A stretch of 32,000 nt of DNA from Pseudomonas aeruginosa (GTDB lineage Bacteria; Pseudomonadota; Gammaproteobacteria; Pseudomonadales; Pseudomonadaceae). The notes below the pieces were generated by a model. That model had not been told where the DNA came from, did no database searches, and worked only from the letters and a program-made list of their open reading frames with translations. The position numbers and the translations under genes are program-made. The stretch covers positions 4,470,001 to 4,502,000 of the forward strand of contig NZ_LN831024.1 of NCBI RefSeq assembly GCF_001457615.1, read 5' to 3'. Below are positions 9,697 to 19,289 of this stretch, one piece after another; the stretch's first letter is position 1, and each line of letters opens with the position of its first letter.

Positions 9697-9818
9697 CCGC
9701 GTGCCACACACGACACGACGACTCAACCGGCCGTATGCCCAGGCATCGGCAGGATCGACTTGGGGAGAAGTCGAGAGCGACGAGTCCGAAGCCCTTTTAA
9801 ACGGACACACTGCTGCTT

Positions 9819-10202
9819 ATGAAAGACCATCTGATCGGAAGCGTCCCCGCACACCTGGTGGATGCCGCACGCCCGACCCTGACAGCCCACGAGGGCCTGG
9901 TCGCGGACTACAACTTTGCCGCCTGGCTACATCTTCCGGATGCCTGCGACCTGCTGGTGTCACTGGTGGTCAGCTATCTGGATGGCGGGCGCCAGCGCGA
10001 AGTGGCGGTGGATCACGGACGAATCGACCGCCAGCAACGCATCCTGCTTTCCGGCATTGCCCGCCTGCCCGTACGGCAGAAAGTGGAGAACATGCAGGTA
10101 CGCCTGAAGTCGGCGACGGCCTTTTCCCGACTGGTCGTGGAGGAGTTCTTCGTACAAGCGGTGGAGCAGGAAAACAGGTCCCAGCAGGTGTCCGAAGCTT
10201 GA
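9819..10202 (+). CDS. Hypothetical protein (127 aa)
   Basis: ORF with strongly G/C-biased third positions, like neighbouring genes. Its composition is not low-complexity (MKDHLIGSVPAHLVDAARPTLTAHEGLVADYNFAAWLHLPDACDLL...). There is no obvious Shine-Dalgarno and I recognise no family. Confidence 0.6.
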   Translation: MKDHLIGSVPAHLVDAARPTLTAHEGLVADYNFAAWLHLPDACDLLVSLVVSYLDGGRQREVAVDHGRIDRQQRILLSGIARLPVRQKVENMQVRLKSATAFSRLVVEEFFVQAVEQENRSQQVSEA

Positions 10203-10212
10203 GCCGGATCGC

Positions 10213-10407
10213 TCAGCCCTGGCGCACCTGATCGAGCAGGGGTTCGTCCCGCGCTTTCTCAGGCGACGGTTCGCTGACGCTGCGCGCCGGCACCAGCGAC
10301 TCCGGCCAACTGCTGAACTGCAGCCCGGTAATCCGGTTCAAACGCTCAAGCGCTGCCTGCTCATCCTTGTGATGCAAATGGACGACCTTGTTCGACATTG
10401 GGAGCAT
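10213..10407 (-). CDS. Possible small protein (64 aa; or 61 aa from the second ATG at 10398)
   Basis: MLPMSNKVVHLHHKDEQAALERLNRITGLQFSSWPESLVPARSVSEPSPEKARDEPLLDQVRQG. By my codon-by-codon reading most third positions are G/C. GAGG lies 9 nt upstream of the first ATG. Same strand as the yihY-like gene, 150 nt downstream of it. Confidence 0.4.
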   Translation of the reverse strand: MLPMSNKVVHLHHKDEQAALERLNRITGLQFSSWPESLVPARSVSEPSPEKARDEPLLDQVRQG

Positions 10408-10556
10408 GAACGGGAACCTCGGCGGAACTACGGAGTGAAACGACTGTCACACGAGGGTTTGCCAGAAGCGTGCCAACAGCGCTTTCCCTGCGCTTGCTGG
10501 GGTTCCTCCGGCAGCATGCAGCGCCTCATGCACATCGTTCGCCGCAAACTGACACT

Positions 10557-11792
10557 TTACGTCACCTTCGCTCCCGAGGTTCCGTCCGCCAGCCAGTGGG
10601 CCAGGCTTTCTCCGAACAGCGCCTCCTGCTCCACCTGCAAGCGCTCCATGGCCTGCTGGAACGGCGGATACCACGCCTCGTCCAGATTCGCAGGCATGCG
10701 CTCTCGGCTAGGCATGGGCCAGGGGCAGCGATTCAGCAAGCGATGCAGACTGTAGGCGCCAAGATCCCGGCACAGCACCCACTCGCCTCCGCCGGCGCGG
10801 CAGACGAACTGCTCCTTCTCGAGAAAGTCCAGCAGTTCCTCCCACTCATCCTCGGGCAACAGCCAACCCGCACGATGCAAGTGGGTCAGGCGCAGCGACT
10901 GTCCAAGCTGCTGGCGCTGGTGGAACACCCTCAGCACGCCGAGCAGGACGATCAGCTTGGGCAGCGAGCGCCGCCGCCAGAGACGGGAAGAAGAGAGATT
11001 GCAGACCAGCACCGCGCCGAACAGAACGATCATCCAGGAAAGATAGATCCACAGCAGGAAGATAGGCACGGTGGCGAAGGCACCGTAGATCAACTGGTAG
11101 CCGGGAAACAGGCTTACGTACAGCCCGAACAGGGTTTTCGCGGCTTCGAACAGTACCGCGGTGAACACGCCGCCCATCAGGGCATGGCGCACCGGGACCC
11201 GGGCGTTCGGGACCGCCGAATAGAGCAGGGTGAAGGCCGCCACGCTGAACGCCAGCGGCATCAGCCCCAGCAGCGTCTCTGCGCCCGGCAACGCGTCCGG
11301 GCCATGGAGCAGCGACAGCGAAGTGATGTAGGTGGTCACGGCGAAGCCGGCCCCCAGCAACAATGGGCCCAGGCTGAGGATCGCCCAGTAGAGGAGGAAC
11401 CGCCCGACACCGCGGCGTGGCTGGCGAACCCGCCAGATCTCGTTGAAGGCTTTCTCGATGGTCACCAGCATGGTGAAGGCGGTGACTGCCAGAAAGACCA
11501 CCCCGACCCAGGTCAGGTGCCGGGCCTGGGTGGTGAAACTCTTCAGGTAGGTTTCCACCGCTTCTCCAGCGGAAGGCACGAAATTGCGAAAGATGAAAGT
11601 CTGGATCGACTCGCCCATGCCATGGAATGCCGGAATCAGCGAAAGCATGGAAAACATCACCGTCATCATCGGCACTACCGCGAACAACGTGGTGTAGGTC
11701 AGCGCCGCCGCGCTGTTGGGAGCCTTGTCGGTGACGAAGCGATGAGCGAGGAAGCGAGCGAACTCGACCCCATCGTTGAAATGTTCGCGCAT
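10557..11792 (-). CDS. yihY: YihY/BrkB-family (UPF0761) inner-membrane protein with a long cytoplasmic C-terminal extension; historically mis-annotated as ribonuclease BN
   Basis: 411-aa ORF with AAGGAGAG upstream. [29 protein letters not shown]...[27 protein letters not shown] is the YihY family pattern with about 6 TM segments. About 125 additional soluble residues follow. Confidence 0.9.
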   Translation of the reverse strand: MREHFNDGVEFARFLAHRFVTDKAPNSAAALTYTTLFAVVPMMTVMFSMLSLIPAFHGMGESIQTFIFRNFVPSAGEAVETYLKSFTTQARHLTWVGVVFLAVTAFTMLVTIEKAFNEIWRVRQPRRGVGRFLLYWAILSLGPLLLGAGFAVTTYITSLSLLHGPDALPGAETLLGLMPLAFSVAAFTLLYSAVPNARVPVRHALMGGVFTAVLFEAAKTLFGLYVSLFPGYQLIYGAFATVPIFLLWIYLSWMIVLFGAVLVCNLSSSRLWRRRSLPKLIVLLGVLRVFHQRQQLGQSLRLTHLHRAGWLLPEDEWEELLDFLEKEQFVCRAGGGEWVLCRDLGAYSLHRLLNRCPWPMPSRERMPANLDEAWYPPFQQAMERLQVEQEALFGESLAHWLADGTSGAKVT

Positions 11793-11916
11793 GCCCTCTC
11801 CTTGAAGTCGCGCCGGTTCTTCGCCTCTCGGGGCGGTACTTCGCGCCGACGGGTTCAGTCCTGGTCGACGAGGCGGTTAGAATAGCCGTCACTTCACCGG
11901 CCATGCGACCCCTGAC

Positions 11917-12862
<946 letters not shown>

Positions 12863-12863
12863 A

Positions 12864-13283
12864 ATGGCCCGCAAGAACAAACCGCTGCCCGAAGTAGCGT
12901 GGCTGCAGCCGCGCCTGGCGCTCAGCCGCGCCATCAGCCTGGGAAGCTTCGTCGGCCTGGTCCTGCTCATCCTCATTCGCGACCTGATCTACGCGGACGC
13001 CCATGGTGCGGCGAGCTGGGTGCCCTGGCTGGTCCTCGCCTTCAAGCTGCTGCCGCTGCTGGTGGTGGCCCCCGGACTGCTCATGGGCAGCGCGCGCGGG
13101 CATGCCTGGGCCTGCTACGTGGTCAACCTGTATTTCATCCTCGGCGTACTCGCCGCCTTCGATCCCACGCAGCGCCTGTTCGGCTGGGCCGAAGTGCTAC
13201 TCAGCGTGACCTTGTTCTGCGCCGCGCTGCTCTATACGCGCTGGCGATTCCAGTACGACCGACGGGTCGCCGGGGAACGCTGA
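12864..13283 (+). CDS. Small integral membrane protein (DUF2069-like by recollection)
   Basis: 139-aa ORF starting 1 nt after the wrbA stop. It has four hydrophobic segments (e.g. LGSFVGLVLLILIRDLIY, WLVLAFKLLPLLVVAPGLL). Confidence 0.75.
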   Translation: MARKNKPLPEVAWLQPRLALSRAISLGSFVGLVLLILIRDLIYADAHGAASWVPWLVLAFKLLPLLVVAPGLLMGSARGHAWACYVVNLYFILGVLAAFDPTQRLFGWAEVLLSVTLFCAALLYTRWRFQYDRRVAGER

Positions 13284-13289
13284 TGGTAA

Positions 13290-13309
13290 GGCAGGAGCCC
13301 CCTCCTGCC
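13290..13309. terminator. Perfect 8-bp hairpin between convergent genes (no U-tract)
   Basis: GGCAGGAG-cccc-CTCCTGCC, 7 nt after the stop at 13283. The flanks are not T-rich. Confidence 0.35.
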
Positions 13310-13459
13310 CTGCCGACCGCCGGGAAGCCTGCGGACAGCGCTCCAGTATTGCCGGCGCATGGATGGAGAGACGGATAGAAGGCGGTCACTTCCTGCCGCA
13401 AGCGAAACCCAAGGACTGCGGCACGGCCATGCGGGAGTTCGCCGACGGACTGTCGACGC

Positions 13460-14164
13460 TTACCAGCCGAGGGTTTCCTTGAGGAAAGGAATGGTCAGCT
13501 TGCGCTGAGCCTGGAGCGAAGCGCGATCCAGTTGCTCCAGCAGATCGAACAGAGAGTTCATGCTGCGCGAACCGCGGTTGAGGATGAAACGACCGACTTC
13601 ATCGGTCAGATGCAGGCCACGACGGGATGCCCGCAGTTGCAGGGCACGAAGCTTGTCCTCGTCGGAAAGACCGTGCAACTGGAAGATCAGCGCCATGGTG
13701 AGGCGGGACTTCAGGTCCGGCAGCTTGACCTGCAGCTCCCGGGGCGACTTCGATGCCGCCAGCAGCAGGCGCCGACCGGTATCGCGCAGTCGATTGAACA
13801 GGTGGAACAGCCCCTCTTCCCACTCTCGCTTGCCAACCAGCACATCCAGGTCGTCGATGCAGACCAGCTCGCACTGCTCGAGATCGTCGAAGATTTCCGG
13901 GCCGTACTGCACCAGATCGGCCATCGGCAGGTAGATGGTTCGCTCTTCGAACTGCTCGAAACGCAAGCAGGCCGCCTGCAACAGGTGGCTGCGGCCGACG
14001 CCGTCGTGTCCCCAGAGGTAGATGAGGCTTTCCGCCCAGCCAGCCTCGGCTTCGCACAAACGCTCGACATATCCCAGTGCCGCGGCATTGGCACCGGGAT
14101 AGTAGTTGGCGAAGGTGGCGTCGTCGCGCAGACGCACACTGAGGGGAAGCTGAATAGGTTTCAT
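13460..14164 (-). CDS. hda: DnaA-inactivating AAA+ protein Hda
   Basis: Start set at internal ATG 14164. MKPIQLPLSVRL carries the N-terminal QL-x-L-x-L beta-clamp-binding motif. Also present are the Walker-A-like WGHDGVGRSHLLQA and VCIDDLD, and the C-terminus LDRASLQAQRKLTIPFLKETLGW. 234 aa. Confidence 0.9.
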   Translation of the reverse strand: MKPIQLPLSVRLRDDATFANYYPGANAAALGYVERLCEAEAGWAESLIYLWGHDGVGRSHLLQAACLRFEQFEERTIYLPMADLVQYGPEIFDDLEQCELVCIDDLDVLVGKREWEEGLFHLFNRLRDTGRRLLLAASKSPRELQVKLPDLKSRLTMALIFQLHGLSDEDKLRALQLRASRRGLHLTDEVGRFILNRGSRSMNSLFDLLEQLDRASLQAQRKLTIPFLKETLGW

Positions 14165-14365
14165 GCCAGGCTGGGCGGACAATCCGAAAACGCCGCAGGA
14201 GTCACCGTAAAGGCTGCAAAGTTTATACGCCTCGGCAAGGCCGCACAATGAGCAACTAGGCAAGCAAAATCAAAGGTTTGCCGATAGCCGAGGCTCCTTG
14301 CCCAGAGCATCGGCCGGTCGCACGCCGGCCCGCTCCGTTGCATAGAAGCGGATCGGCGCGCCGAC

Positions 14366-15403
14366 TCACTGCCAGCGGAAATTCAGTTGGGTCGACGACG
14401 GCACCGCCGCGCTGGGCGCTGCGGGCTGGCCGGAGGCATCCAGCGGTACGCTGTCGGCCGGGATTTCCTGCAACTGCGCCAGGCCCAGCTGGGCACGCAA
14501 TTGCTCGGGACTGGCCTTCACGGAATAGTCGAGGCGATCGCCCCGCACGCCTACCAGACGCGCGCCGAACGGATCGAGCAGGCGTTGCAACTCGGCATAG
14601 CGTGCCAGTGTCGCGCCCTGGACCTGGAGGGTCAGGCCGGTCGCCGCTCCCGGAGTGGCAACGAAACGAGTGGACAGGCGGTTGCCGACGGCCAGCATCA
14701 CGCTGTCTGCCAACGCGTCGGGCGTAGCGCCTTCAGCCTGGCCTTGCTCTCGCGAATCGCCCATCCACAGCCGCCATTGCGCCTGCCATTTGCCGTCCGC
14801 CTCCTTGGCGTCCACTGCCAGCAAGGCATCGGCGGCATAACGCTCGGAGGCTGCGCGCAGGGCATCGGGTTGGGCGGCGGTGAGGTTTTCCGGGGTACCG
14901 ACGATCTGTTCGTCGAGATCCGCCAGAGGCAGGCGCAACGGCAAGCCGCGGTTCTGCGCCGCACGCTTGAGCGGTTCGGCCGAGGCCTGGTTGTCACCGA
15001 CCAGGGAGCTGCCATCGGCGCTTTCGTTCAGCCACCAGGCCAGCACCGCCGGCCGGTTGGCGCCCCAGCTCGGCAGGCCGGCGGCCCGCAGCGCATTACC
15101 GGTGGCGGTCGGATCGAAATCGACCACCAGCGCCAGCGGCGGACCATTTTCGAAGGCGTACTGGCTGATCAGTTGCTGCGGATCCTTCAGGTACCCCGCC
15201 AATGCCGGGTTCTGCGGCGCCTGCGGATTGCCAGTCAGGCGCACCAGCAGGGTCTGCAGGGCTCGCACCAGTCCGGCATCGCGCTCCCCGGGCTGCTGCG
15301 ACGAAACCGGCTCGTGGACCTGGTAGAGATTGGGGACCGTTGCCGCGAAGACGGGCAAGCCTAGCAGGGAAAAACAGAGAACGAAGAGTCGGGCTATGCG
15401 CAT
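14366..15403 (-). CDS. Secreted/periplasmic protein of unknown function (DUF2066-like by recollection)
   Basis: Start set at internal ATG 15403, giving the signal peptide [29 protein letters not shown]. 345 aa with high GC3. Confidence 0.75.
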   Translation of the reverse strand: MRIARLFVLCFSLLGLPVFAATVPNLYQVHEPVSSQQPGERDAGLVRALQTLLVRLTGNPQAPQNPALAGYLKDPQQLISQYAFENGPPLALVVDFDPTATGNALRAAGLPSWGANRPAVLAWWLNESADGSSLVGDNQASAEPLKRAAQNRGLPLRLPLADLDEQIVGTPENLTAAQPDALRAASERYAADALLAVDAKEADGKWQAQWRLWMGDSREQGQAEGATPDALADSVMLAVGNRLSTRFVATPGAATGLTLQVQGATLARYAELQRLLDPFGARLVGVRGDRLDYSVKASPEQLRAQLGLAQLQEIPADSVPLDASGQPAAPSAAVPSSTQLNFRWQ

Positions 15404-15616
15404 GGAGGGCTCTCGACGAACGGATGGGAACGGCGGCGACGAGCTGTGAAGGCCGCGCAAGTGGACCTATACCTTAAACAGCAGTCCGTCCAGCGGCAAC
15501 CGAGATGGCCGCTGCGTGGCAAGCCTGATAAAATCGCGCGCCTTCAAAACCGGCAAACAGCGTTGCACGCCTGGGCGGCCGGCCGATCTCCGAATTACCC
15601 CTATAGGCCTGGATTT

Positions 15617-16678
15617 ATGAGCAGCAAGCAACCCTCGTTGAGCTACAAGGACGCTGGTGTGGACATCGACGCCGGCGAAGCCCTGGTGGAACGCATCAAA
15701 GGCGTGGCCAAGCGCACCGCACGCCCGGAAGTGATGGGCGGCCTCGGCGGCTTCGGCGCCCTCTGCGAAATCCCGGCCGGCTACAAGCAGCCGGTGCTGG
15801 TATCCGGCACCGACGGGGTGGGCACCAAGCTGCGCTTGGCGCTCAACCTGAACAAGCACGACAGCATCGGCCAGGACCTGGTGGCGATGTGCGTCAACGA
15901 CCTGGTGGTCTGCGGCGCCGAGCCGCTGTTCTTTCTCGACTACTACGCCACCGGCAAGCTCAACGTCGACGTCGCCGCCACCGTAGTCACCGGCATCGGT
16001 GCCGGTTGCGAACTGGCGGGCTGTTCCCTGGTCGGCGGCGAGACCGCCGAAATGCCCGGCATGTACGAAGGCGAAGACTATGACCTGGCCGGCTTCTGCG
16101 TCGGCGTCGTGGAAAAGGCCGAGATCATCGACGGCTCCAGGGTCCAGGCCGGCGACGCGCTTATCGCCCTGCCCTCCTCCGGCCCGCACTCCAACGGCTA
16201 CTCCCTGATCCGCAAGATCATCGAGGTTTCCGGCGCCGACATCGAGCAGGTCCAACTCGACGGCAAGCCGCTGGCCGACCTGCTGATGGCGCCGACCCGC
16301 ATCTACGTCAAGCCGCTGCTGCAACTGATCAAGCAGACCGGCGCGGTCAAGGCCATGGCTCACATTACCGGCGGCGGCCTGCTGGACAACATCCCGCGCG
16401 TCCTGCCGGACAACGCCCAGGCCGTGATCGATGTCGCCAGCTGGAACCGTCCGGCGGTATTCGACTGGCTGCAGGAACAGGGCAACGTCGACGAGACCGA
16501 GATGCATCGCGTACTCAACTGCGGCGTCGGCATGGTCATCTGCGTGGCCCAGAGCGACGCCGAGAAAGCCCTGGAAGTCCTGCGTGCCGCCGGCGAGCAA
16601 CCCTGGCAGATCGGTCGCATCGAAACCTGCGGCGCGGACGCCGAGCGCGTGGTCCTGAACAATCTGAAAAACCACTGA
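15617..16678 (+). CDS. purM: Phosphoribosylformylglycinamidine cyclo-ligase (AIR synthetase)
   Basis: Start set at ATG 15617 ([34 protein letters not shown]...[11 protein letters not shown]...[11 protein letters not shown]...[17 protein letters not shown]). 353 aa, a classic PurM. Confidence 0.97.
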   Translation: MSSKQPSLSYKDAGVDIDAGEALVERIKGVAKRTARPEVMGGLGGFGALCEIPAGYKQPVLVSGTDGVGTKLRLALNLNKHDSIGQDLVAMCVNDLVVCGAEPLFFLDYYATGKLNVDVAATVVTGIGAGCELAGCSLVGGETAEMPGMYEGEDYDLAGFCVGVVEKAEIIDGSRVQAGDALIALPSSGPHSNGYSLIRKIIEVSGADIEQVQLDGKPLADLLMAPTRIYVKPLLQLIKQTGAVKAMAHITGGGLLDNIPRVLPDNAQAVIDVASWNRPAVFDWLQEQGNVDETEMHRVLNCGVGMVICVAQSDAEKALEVLRAAGEQPWQIGRIETCGADAERVVLNNLKNH

Positions 16679-17346
16679 TGCCGAAACTCTGCAATGTCGT
16701 GGTGCTGATTTCCGGCTCCGGCAGCAACCTGCAGGCGCTGATCGACAGCCTCCGGGACGGCGCCACGCCGGCCCGGATCCGCGCGGTGATCTCCAACCGC
16801 GCGGACGCCTATGGCCTGGAACGCGCACGCCAGGCCGGCATCCAGACCGAGGTGCTCGATCACAAGGCCTATGCCGATCGCGAAAGCTTCGACGAGGCCC
16901 TGGCACAACGGATCGATGCCCATGAACCGCACCTGGTGATCCTTGCCGGGTTCATGCGCATCCTCAGCGCCGATTTCGTTCGCCATTACCAGGGGCGTCT
17001 GCTGAATATCCATCCCTCGTTGCTGCCGCGCCACAAAGGGCTGCATACCCATCAACGCGCCCTCGAAGCCGGCGACCGCGAGCACGGTTGCAGCGTGCAC
17101 TTCGTGACGGAGGAACTCGATGGGGGGCCACTGGTCGTACAGGCAGTAATCCCGGTAGAGTCGCAAGATACGCCGGAACGCCTGGCCAGACGGGTTCACG
17201 AGGAAGAACACCGGATCTACCCGCTGGCCATGCGCTGGTTCGCCGAGGGCCGCTTGCGCCTGGGCGAACAGGGCGCCCTGCTGGATGGCCAGGCCCTGCC
17301 TGCCACCGGCCATCAGATTCGCACCAAGGAGATTCGCAATGCGTAA
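16678..17346 (+). CDS. purN: Phosphoribosylglycinamide formyltransferase
   Basis: The ATG overlaps the purM TGA (ATGA). VVLISGSGSNLQALID...LLNIHPSLLPRHKGLHTHQRALEAGDREHGCSVHFVTEELDGGPLVVQA is the GART signature. Confidence 0.95.
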   Translation: MPKLCNVVVLISGSGSNLQALIDSLRDGATPARIRAVISNRADAYGLERARQAGIQTEVLDHKAYADRESFDEALAQRIDAHEPHLVILAGFMRILSADFVRHYQGRLLNIHPSLLPRHKGLHTHQRALEAGDREHGCSVHFVTEELDGGPLVVQAVIPVESQDTPERLARRVHEEEHRIYPLAMRWFAEGRLRLGEQGALLDGQALPATGHQIRTKEIRNA

Positions 17347-18055
17347 AGCCATGCTGTTCCTGCTGACGCTGCTGACCCTGCCGGCCTATGCCTTCGAGCT
17401 GAAGCCGTTCACCGCCAGCTATACCGCCGACTGGAAACAGATGCCCATCAGCGGCAATGCCTCCCGCAGCCTGAAGGCTCTCGGCGACGGCCGCTGGCAA
17501 CTGGACTTCGAGGCCTCCATGCTGCTGGCCAGTCTCAACGAAGTCAGCACCTTCAAGGTCGAGAACGACACCTTCCTGCCGCAGACCTACCGCTTCGCCC
17601 GCCAGGGTCTGGGCAAAGGTAAGCAGATCGAGCTGGACTTCGACTGGTCGCAGAAGCAGGTGCTCGGCAGCGACCGCGGCGATGCGGTGCGGCAACCCCT
17701 GAATCGCGGTCAACTGGACAAGTCCACCTATCAACTGGTCCTGCAGCATGACGTTGCCGACGGCAAGAAGAGCATGAGCTACCAGATCATCGAGGGCGAG
17801 GATGTCGATACCTACGACTTCCGGGTTCTCGGCGAGGAAAAGGTACGCACCCAGGCCGGCCTGATCAACGCGATCAAGGTCGAGCGCGTGCGTGATCCGG
17901 GCAAGAGCAACCGCAAGACCATCCTCTGGTTCGCCAAGGACTGGGACTACCTGCTGGTCCGCCTGTACCAGATGGAAACCGACGGCAAGGAATACCAGAT
18001 CATGCTCAAGGAAGGCACCATCGACGGCAAGACCGTCACTGGCGAAAAGAGCTGA
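17339..18055 (+). CDS. Secreted protein of unknown function (DUF3108-like by recollection)
   Basis: Start set at ATG 17339, overlapping the purN end by 8 nt. Signal peptide MRKAMLFLLTLLTLPAYA-FELKPF, then a beta-rich sequence to 18055. Confidence 0.75.
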   Translation: MRKAMLFLLTLLTLPAYAFELKPFTASYTADWKQMPISGNASRSLKALGDGRWQLDFEASMLLASLNEVSTFKVENDTFLPQTYRFARQGLGKGKQIELDFDWSQKQVLGSDRGDAVRQPLNRGQLDKSTYQLVLQHDVADGKKSMSYQIIEGEDVDTYDFRVLGEEKVRTQAGLINAIKVERVRDPGKSNRKTILWFAKDWDYLLVRLYQMETDGKEYQIMLKEGTIDGKTVTGEKS

Positions 18056-18070
18056 TCCCCCCTCCCACGA

Positions 18071-18098
18071 AAAGCCGGGCCATTGCCCGGTTTTTTAT
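18071..18098. terminator. Bidirectional rho-independent terminator
   Basis: GAAAAG-CCGGGC-catt-GCCCGG-TTTTTTATT, between convergent stops at 18055 and 18109. Confidence 0.85.
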
Positions 18099-18108
18099 TG
18101 CCCGCGGA

Positions 18109-18669
18109 TCAGCCGCAGGCCTGGTGCTCGCGGCAGATCAGTTCGGCATCGGCATCGCTCAACGGCTCCCCGGTTAGACCGCAGAAGGGCGAACCCGCAC
18201 GCCGTTGATGGAACCGGCAGGACCGACAAAGGCCGAAACCAGGCACATCCTCCTGACGCTGGATGACGACCAGAAGATCACGCAACAAGCCTTGCAAGTG
18301 TTCGCCCTTCTCGCCCAGTGCCGTGACGGCCTGCTCGAGGAACTGCGGCGGAATCACCGCCTCGATCAGCGCGCGCCCCGCATCGGTCAGCCGCAGATGA
18401 ACGCTGCGCCGATCCCGCGCATCCGGCAGCTTGCTGATCAGCCCCCGCCCTTCCAGCACCTTGAGCGATTGCGACACTGTGCCCTTGGTCAAGCCGAGGT
18501 ATTCGGTCACGCCCAGCGGAGTATCCGAATAGCGATTACAACGCGCCAGGTAATGCAAGGCGCTCAACTGCACCGGCTGCAGCTCAGCCACCAGCGGCTG
18601 CTCGCGGGACCAGGCACGCATCAGGCTGGTCAGCCTTTCCAGATAATCGTAAAGGGCGATGGCGGACAT
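18109..18669 (-). CDS. MarR-family transcriptional regulator with Cys-rich C-terminal extension
   Basis: Start set at internal ATG 18669, with AAGGAGG 6 nt upstream. The winged helix LSALHYLARCNRYSDTPLGVTEYLGLTKGTVSQSLKVLEGRGLISKLPDARDRRSVHLRLTDAG is MarR-type. The C-terminal tail GFGLCRSCRFHQRRAGSPFCGLTGEPLSDADAELICREHQACG contains 5 Cys, including CxxC. Confidence 0.85.
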   Translation of the reverse strand: MSAIALYDYLERLTSLMRAWSREQPLVAELQPVQLSALHYLARCNRYSDTPLGVTEYLGLTKGTVSQSLKVLEGRGLISKLPDARDRRSVHLRLTDAGRALIEAVIPPQFLEQAVTALGEKGEHLQGLLRDLLVVIQRQEDVPGFGLCRSCRFHQRRAGSPFCGLTGEPLSDADAELICREHQACG

Positions 18670-18686
18670 GGGATACCTCCTTGCCA

Positions 18687-18765
18687 ATATAGTATCGACT
18701 AAAAACATGTTTGACAAAGAGGTCGCGCCTTGTTTAGGCTGAAAACGTATCGTATCGATACTAAA
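18687..18765. promoter_or_regulatory. Divergent promoter/operator region of the marR-like gene and the trx-like operon
   Basis: TTGACA (18711-18716), an 18-nt spacer, then TAGGCT (18735-18740) on the + strand. Immediately downstream is GTATC-GTATC-GATAC (18747-18761), containing the perfect 10-bp palindrome GTATCGATAC (18752-18761). A related GTATCGAC lies at 18692-18699, and an AACATGTT palindrome at 18704-18711. Confidence 0.5.
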
Positions 18766-18784
18766 TTCCCACAGGAGAATCAGC

Positions 18785-19018
18785 ATGACCAAAGCCATCT
18801 ACTACCACGCCGGCTGCGCAATCTGTGTCGAAGCCGAACGTTCCTTGCTGCCATTGCTCGATCACAAGCAGGTGGACATCGAAGTGGTCCATCTCGCCGA
18901 ACAATCGGCACGCATCGCCGAGGCGGAAAAGGCCGGGGTCAAGTCGGTTCCTGCCCTGGTTGTCGACGGACAGGTACTGCACCTTAACTTCGGTGCGGCG
19001 CTCAGCGATCTGAAATAA
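18785..19018 (+). CDS. Small thioredoxin-fold protein (thioredoxin_3 / glutaredoxin-like), CxxC
   Basis: 77-aa ORF with AGGAGA 6 nt upstream. N-terminal CAIC redox motif (IYYHAGCAICVEAE) and C-terminal GVKSVPALVVDGQV. The layout resembles small single-domain thioredoxin-like proteins of about 77 aa. Confidence 0.75.
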   Translation: MTKAIYYHAGCAICVEAERSLLPLLDHKQVDIEVVHLAEQSARIAEAEKAGVKSVPALVVDGQVLHLNFGAALSDLK

Positions 19019-19029
19019 GGAGAACGGCC

Positions 19030-19284
19030 ATGGAGGTGAAGATCTTCGACACCCATGTGCGAACCCGCGACGGCCGCTACCTGCACTTCGATGTCCTGGT
19101 CACGGAGGAACTGGGGGCTCGCGCCGGCGAGTTCGCTCGACGCTGGCTCGCCGGAAGAGGCATAGACGAGGCCGATATCAGCCAGGGGCATTGCAGCTAC
19201 TGCCATAGCGAGATTGCGACAGCAGAGGTTGCCGAAGCCATTCGGCTCCATGGCCATTACATCCTTCCCCTGGAAGGCTGTTGA
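19030..19284 (+). CDS. DUF2024-like protein (by recollection) with CxxCH motif
   Basis: 84-aa ORF 11 nt after the preceding stop, with AAGGAGAA upstream. MEVKIFDTHVRTRDGRYLHFDVLVTEE...GHCSYCHSEIATAEV. Confidence 0.65.
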   Translation: MEVKIFDTHVRTRDGRYLHFDVLVTEELGARAGEFARRWLAGRGIDEADISQGHCSYCHSEIATAEVAEAIRLHGHYILPLEGC

Positions 19285-19289
19285 GGCCA

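Noticed and set aside
9535-9822. 95-aa basic ORF (MARPYWKPSTSAKPSGDEYGKKKPRYF...) in the 9.5-9.8 kb gap
   Set aside because: Third-position G/C bias is clearly weaker than in neighbouring genes. There is no Shine-Dalgarno and the composition is that of purine-rich non-coding DNA. The region is treated as non-coding (see finding).
15553-15566. GCAAACAGCGTTGC upstream of purM as a PurR box, next to an extended -10-like TGATAAAAT (15526-15534)
   Set aside because: Only the left half resembles the enterobacterial PurR consensus (ACGCAAACGTTTGCGT), and the palindrome is imperfect. I am also not confident that Pseudomonas uses a LacI-type PurR.
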